A stretch of DNA of 64,000 nucleotides, taken from NCBI GenBank assembly GCA_963665325.3, contig OZ224045.1, forward strand, positions 1,024,001-1,088,000, given 5' to 3'. Of this stretch, positions 63,152 through 64,000 are shown piece after piece (within the stretch, counting starts at the first letter, position 1; the number at the start of each line of letters is the position of its first letter). Under the pieces are notes generated by a model. The model did not search any database. It had not been told where the DNA came from and saw only the letters and a list, made by a program, of their open reading frames with translations. The DNA is from Alphaproteobacteria bacterium (GTDB lineage: Bacteria > Pseudomonadota > Alphaproteobacteria > Bin95). The position numbers and the translations under genes are program-made.

Positions 63152-64000
63152 TGGCGGAAATCGCCGCGCTTCTGGGGGAACTGGGCGGCCTGGTCGGCCT
63201 CGCGCAGGTCAGCGCGCTGCTCATCGGCCTCATTCTGGGAATCATCGTAGGCGTCCTGCCGGGACTGGGTCCGCTGCTCGGCGTCACGCTCGCCATCCCG
63301 TTCACCTTCCACATGGACCCGGTGTCGAGCATCGCCCTGCTCATCGGCTTCTACCAAGGCGGCTCCTATGGCGGCGCGGTGACTGCCACCGTGCTCGGCA
63401 TTCCCGGCACGCCCATCGCCGCCGCAACCCTGCTGGACGCGCACCCCATGGCGCTCGCCGGGCGCGCCTCGGAGGCCGTGACGCTCGCGACGCTCGCTTC
63501 CTGGGTCGGCGGGCTGATCGGCGGCACCGTGCTGCTGCTGACCGCGCCCGCGCTTGCCAAGATCGCGATCCGCTTTGGCCCAGCGGAAACCTTCGCGCTC
63601 GCCGCGCTCGGCCTCACCGCCATCGCCAGCCTGAGCCAGGGCAGCACGCTGAAGGGCCTGCTCTCCGGTCTCTTCGGCCTGATGTGCGCGACCATCGGCA
63701 CCGACCCGTTCACCGGCATTGCGCGCTTCAATTTCGGCCGCACCGAGTTTTCCGGGGGCCTTACCTTCGTCGCCCTCCTCGTCGGTCTCTTCGCGATCTC
63801 CGAGGTGCTGATGCAGATCGAGCGCACCTTGCGCGGCTGGCAGGCGAGCGGGCGCATCGGCGTTGCGTTCTCGATGTTCAGGACCCTCTTCACCCGGTTC
63901 TTCGGCTATGTCCGGGCGAGCCTGGTCGGCGTCGGCATCGGCATCATTCCCGCTGTCGGCGGCGTGACCTCCGCCTTCCTCGCCTACAAGCTTGCGCGCG
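63151..64000 (+). CDS. tctA: Tripartite tricarboxylate transporter permease (runs off the window)
   Basis: Manual translation: GIIVGVLPGLG, YGGAVTATVLGIPGTP, FGPAE, IGTDPFTG...RFNFG, GLFAISEV. Confidence 0.9.
   Translation, partial: MAEIAALLGELGGLVGLAQVSALLIGLILGIIVGVLPGLGPLLGVTLAIPFTFHMDPVSSIALLIGFYQGGSYGGAVTATVLGIPGTPIAAATLLDAHPMALAGRASEAVTLATLASWVGGLIGGTVLLLTAPALAKIAIRFGPAETFALAALGLTAIASLSQGSTLKGLLSGLFGLMCATIGTDPFTGIARFNFGRTEFSGGLTFVALLVGLFAISEVLMQIERTLRGWQASGRIGVAFSMFRTLFTRFFGYVRASLVGVGIGIIPAVGGVTSAFLAYKLAR

Overview
GC-rich chromosomal window from an alphaproteobacterium, most likely a marine Rhodospirillales-like lineage. Host association (e.g. sponge) is only an inference from the ankyrin protein and accessory debris. 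Left to right: a partial rhodanese, a cupin, and a C-P lyase operon (phnG-H-I-J-K-L-M, a PhnZ-like HD oxygenase, phnN) with a Pho-box-like site. Next come a DsyB-type DMSP-synthesis methyltransferase, ctaA, a ~1150-aa GltD/NfnB-NfnA-like fusion flavoprotein, and groES-groEL with CIRCE and RpoH sites. A small islet between groEL and tRNA-Pro(TGG) holds a decayed IS5 and a HEPN protein. An AhpD-like gene is split by an in-frame TGA in a CxxU motif followed by a SECIS-like hairpin, so it is a probable selenoprotein. Two stand-alone IS630-derived HTH genes lack any transposase catalytic domain. The rest is a decayed brnTA module, many catabolic genes, and housekeeping genes (gloB, argG, rlmN, maeB, hslVU, phaC, hom, glpX, recJ, tctCBA). 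No CRISPR array or rRNA was seen. All family calls come from reading motifs by eye; no database search was run.
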